A DNA stretch of 20,000 bases, taken from sequence record DRR378314_1813. One strand, written 5' to 3'. The translations under genes and the position numbers were made by a program. This document shows, one piece after another, positions 17,282 through 20,000 of this stretch; position 1 is the stretch's first letter, and each line of letters starts with the position of its first letter. Below the pieces are notes generated by a model, which searched no databases, was not told the origin of the DNA, and was given only the letters and a program-made list of their open reading frames with translations.

Positions 17282-18748
17282 ATGAGAGATACAAAGAAAC
17301 AACGCCGGCAACTGGAAAAGCAACTCACCCAAGCCGTTTCCTACAAGGAGTGGCTCGCCGCTGCCACGCAACTGGACGAGCTGGAAGGCACCCTTGCCTG
17401 GCGGGAAGAGGACGGCTGCGAATTGCTCCACGAGGCCCTGATTCGCGACCACATCACGTCGATGAAGCGCTGTCGGGAAAAGGGCGACACCCGGGCGCTA
17501 ACGCGTGTGTTGCAGGAGAGCCTTTACCGCCACCTCGGCGAGATCGCCAACCCCGATCTTTACGCCATCGCCTGGAGCGGCACCAAGACCCTCGTGAGCG
17601 ATTTTCTGGATGAAGTGGAACGTTCCATGAACGTCATCTGCGACAATCCCATGCCAGGCGTGTCGGACCACCAAAAACTGCGCCTGTTTCGGGACGCCGA
17701 GCGTGTATACGGCCGCCCTGCACTCATGCTTAGTGGTGGGGCCGCTTTCGGTATCTACCACATCGGTGTTACGCGTGCGCTCTGGCGGGAAGGCCTGCTC
17801 CCCGACGTGATTGCCGGCTCCAGCATGGGTGCGATTGTGGCCGGGGCCATCTGCACACGGAACAACCAGGAACTGGAGCGCTTTTTCAATGAACCCGGTG
17901 AGATTCACCTGGACGCCTTTCGCTGGCTCGAACCCAAACGCATCTGGCGAAAACGCCATGCCATGGATCAATCCCAGCTGCTCCAGCATATTCGCACCAA
18001 CATCGGCAGCACTAGTTTCCTCGAGGCCGCCGAGCGCAGCGGGCGAACCCTGAACATTTCCGTATCGCCTACCCGTACCCGCCAGAAGCCCCGCTTGTTG
18101 AACAACCTGGCCTCGCCCGAGGTGCTGGTGGATTCCGCCATCCTGGCATCCTGTGCGGTACCCGGTATCTACCCGCCAGTGACACTCCAGTCACGGGATG
18201 GCGACCGGGGCAAGGACGGTGCCAAACCCTACATGCCGACGGAACGGTGGATCGACGGCAGCGTGCATGGTGACTTGCCGCTGATGCGCATGGCCCGGTT
18301 GCACAACGTTAATCGCACCATCGTCAGCCAGGCAAACCCCCATGTATTGCCCTTTATCAGCCATCATCACCAGCGCGGGCCCGGTGCCTCGGCCAAACAG
18401 GCCGCCGCCTCGCTGATGCATGCCCAGGTAGCCACCACGCTGAAGCTCACCCGCAACAGCTGGTCGTCAACGATACTGCGGCCCTTGCTGGAGCAGGCCC
18501 ATGCCATGGCCACGCAGACCTATCTCGGGGACATCAACGTCCAGTTCCCGTTCAAGCCGCTGCTGTATCGCAAGATTCTCTCCAATCCCAACAAGGAAGA
18601 CCTGGACATGTTCATACGGCTTGGAGAGCGGGCCACCTGGCCGAGAATGGCCATGATTCGCGACCAGACACGCATCAGCCGTACCTTCAGCGATTGTATC
18701 GCCCGACTCGAGAAAACCTGTGCCGCCAACGACAACGCAGCGGAGTAG
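17282..18748 (+). CDS. DUF3336 + patatin-like phospholipase (TGL3/4/5- and SDP1-like lipase)
   Basis: N-terminal SYKEWLAAATQLD...AWR (DUF3336-like); oxyanion motif LSGGAAFG, nucleophile GSSMG, ASCAVPG, catalytic DGSV, IVSQANPH. Confidence 0.88.
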   Translation: MRDTKKQRRQLEKQLTQAVSYKEWLAAATQLDELEGTLAWREEDGCELLHEALIRDHITSMKRCREKGDTRALTRVLQESLYRHLGEIANPDLYAIAWSGTKTLVSDFLDEVERSMNVICDNPMPGVSDHQKLRLFRDAERVYGRPALMLSGGAAFGIYHIGVTRALWREGLLPDVIAGSSMGAIVAGAICTRNNQELERFFNEPGEIHLDAFRWLEPKRIWRKRHAMDQSQLLQHIRTNIGSTSFLEAAERSGRTLNISVSPTRTRQKPRLLNNLASPEVLVDSAILASCAVPGIYPPVTLQSRDGDRGKDGAKPYMPTERWIDGSVHGDLPLMRMARLHNVNRTIVSQANPHVLPFISHHHQRGPGASAKQAAASLMHAQVATTLKLTRNSWSSTILRPLLEQAHAMATQTYLGDINVQFPFKPLLYRKILSNPNKEDLDMFIRLGERATWPRMAMIRDQTRISRTFSDCIARLEKTCAANDNAAE

Positions 18749-18752
18749 CGGC

Positions 18753-19625
18753 TTGCAGACGACACGACTCAAAGGGCTGAGCATTGCGGCACTGGGGGTG
18801 CTGTTTATCGTGCCAGACGCGCTGCTGGTCAAGATTACCTCGGTGGACCCGGTAGTCTTCCTGTTCTGGCGCGGCCTGCTGCTGGCGGTCAGCTTCCTGG
18901 TGATCAGCTCGCTGCGCTACCGCGCCCGCCTGGGGGCGGAGATCCGACGTTGCGGCTGGAAAGGCGCCTTCTGCGCCGTCGCCTTCGGCTTAAGCCAACT
19001 GGGCTTCGTGATGGGCATGAAGAACACCGCCGCCGGCAACGTACTGGTGATTCTCAATACCTCCCCGGTGATCGCGGCCCTGATTGCCTGGCTGGTCTGG
19101 AAAGAAGCCCTGCCCTGGCGAACCTGGGTGGTCATCCTCGTGTGCGTGGCAGGCGCCACCCTGATGGCGATTGGCGAATGGGGCCGTGGTGAACCCATCG
19201 GGCTGATCATGGCCGGCGTTGCAGCAACTGCACTGGCACTGAATCTCAATGTGGCTCGCTCAAAGCCGGACAGCGATATGAGCGTTGTGCTGATGTTCGG
19301 CGCGCTGCTCGTTGCCGGCGCGACGGCGCTCATGGGTGGCGCGGTAATGCTCTCCGTCCGGGACGCCCTGTTTATTGCCCTGCTCTGCCTGTTCTTCTTG
19401 CCGGTGGCCTGCGTGCTCATCCAGATTGGCCCACGCTACATCCCAGCGGCGGAAGTGAGCCTGATGCTGCTTCTGGAGACCATTCTCGGGTCCTTCCTGG
19501 TATGGCTGTTCCTGGGCGAGGTGCCCACCACTCTGAGCCTGATCGGCGGCACGATAGTCTTCTCCGCACTGGTGATTCATGGCTGGATCGAAGTAAAACG
19601 CTATCGGCAAACCCGGACGGCCTGA
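18753..19625 (+). CDS. DMT/EamA family transporter
   Basis: About ten TM helices; NTSPVIAAL...KE and GPRYIPAAEVSLMLLLE motifs. TTG at 18753 follows GGAG; GTG at 18720 is an alternative start. Confidence 0.88.
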   Translation: MQTTRLKGLSIAALGVLFIVPDALLVKITSVDPVVFLFWRGLLLAVSFLVISSLRYRARLGAEIRRCGWKGAFCAVAFGLSQLGFVMGMKNTAAGNVLVILNTSPVIAALIAWLVWKEALPWRTWVVILVCVAGATLMAIGEWGRGEPIGLIMAGVAATALALNLNVARSKPDSDMSVVLMFGALLVAGATALMGGAVMLSVRDALFIALLCLFFLPVACVLIQIGPRYIPAAEVSLMLLLETILGSFLVWLFLGEVPTTLSLIGGTIVFSALVIHGWIEVKRYRQTRTA

Positions 19626-19754
19626 CGCATCCGTTGATGTACGGACAATCCCGCCCGATTTGTAAGCCACCCAAGACGCAGGGCGCCAAAAACTGGATAA
19701 TGGCCCTCCGGCTTTTGAAAGCCCGCTCAATTCTGCAAACCCGGTACGCTGTTC

Positions 19755-20000
19755 ATGGAAATCAAAGTTAATTTTCTCGAAAACCTCAGGCTTGAAGCCA
19801 AGTTTGACGATTTCACCGTGGTCACGGACCAGCCCATTCGCTATAAAGGCGACGGCTCGGCCCCCAGCCCGTTCGACTATTTTCTGGCGTCGTCGGCGCT
19901 CTGCGCGGCGTACTTTGTGCGGGTTTACTGCAAGGCAAGGGACATTCCCACGGAAAACATCCGCCTGTCCCAGAACAACATCGTCGACCCGGAGAACCGC
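19755..20000 (+). CDS. OsmC-like domain protein, most likely the 5' end of an OsmC/YcaO fusion (TIGR03549-like); runs off the window
   Basis: Not in the ORF track. Manual translation from ATG 19755 gives MEIKVNFLENLRLEAKFDDFTVVTDQPIRYKGDGSAPSPFDYFLASSALCAAYFVRVYCKARDIPTENIRLSQNNIVDPENR with no stop. It has the OsmC-like D.P...G...P.P...L....C motif. Confidence 0.82.
   Translation, partial: MEIKVNFLENLRLEAKFDDFTVVTDQPIRYKGDGSAPSPFDYFLASSALCAAYFVRVYCKARDIPTENIRLSQNNIVDPENR

Noticed and set aside
16504-17613. 369-aa plus-strand ORF
   Set aside because: Antisense to the crotonase and out of frame with the patatin gene; His/Arg-rich composition typical of shadow frames.
1-20000. CRISPR arrays, IS elements, prophage or defence genes
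   Set aside because: No regularly spaced repeats, transposase, integrase or phage-like ORFs were seen.

Overview
A gene-dense gammaproteobacterial chromosomal window; the gene content suggests a Marinobacter-like organism (inference). I see about 20 CDSs and no rRNA, tRNA, CRISPR array or mobile element. The centrepiece (6047-12462) is a compact selenium-handling locus: a fused FAD-oxidoreductase/selenophosphate synthetase (SelD), a SenB-type selenosugar synthase, and a PhnD/C/E-like ABC importer of the type found near selD. There is no senA/ovsA, selA/selB/selC or selU in the window, so the fate of the selenosugar is unexplained. selD appears translationally coupled to a coiled-coil/histone-H1-like/HhH protein at the end of a probable three-gene operon. 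Flanking genes: an orphan solute-binding protein, a dCache chemoreceptor with a sigma28 promoter, a GNAT-nitrilase fusion, three hypothetical proteins, a YadG/YadH-like ABC-2 pair, a DUF192 lipoprotein, an enoyl-CoA hydratase, a DUF3336-patatin lipase, an EamA transporter and the 5' end of an OsmC(-YcaO) gene. All family calls come from motifs recognised by eye; no searches were run.
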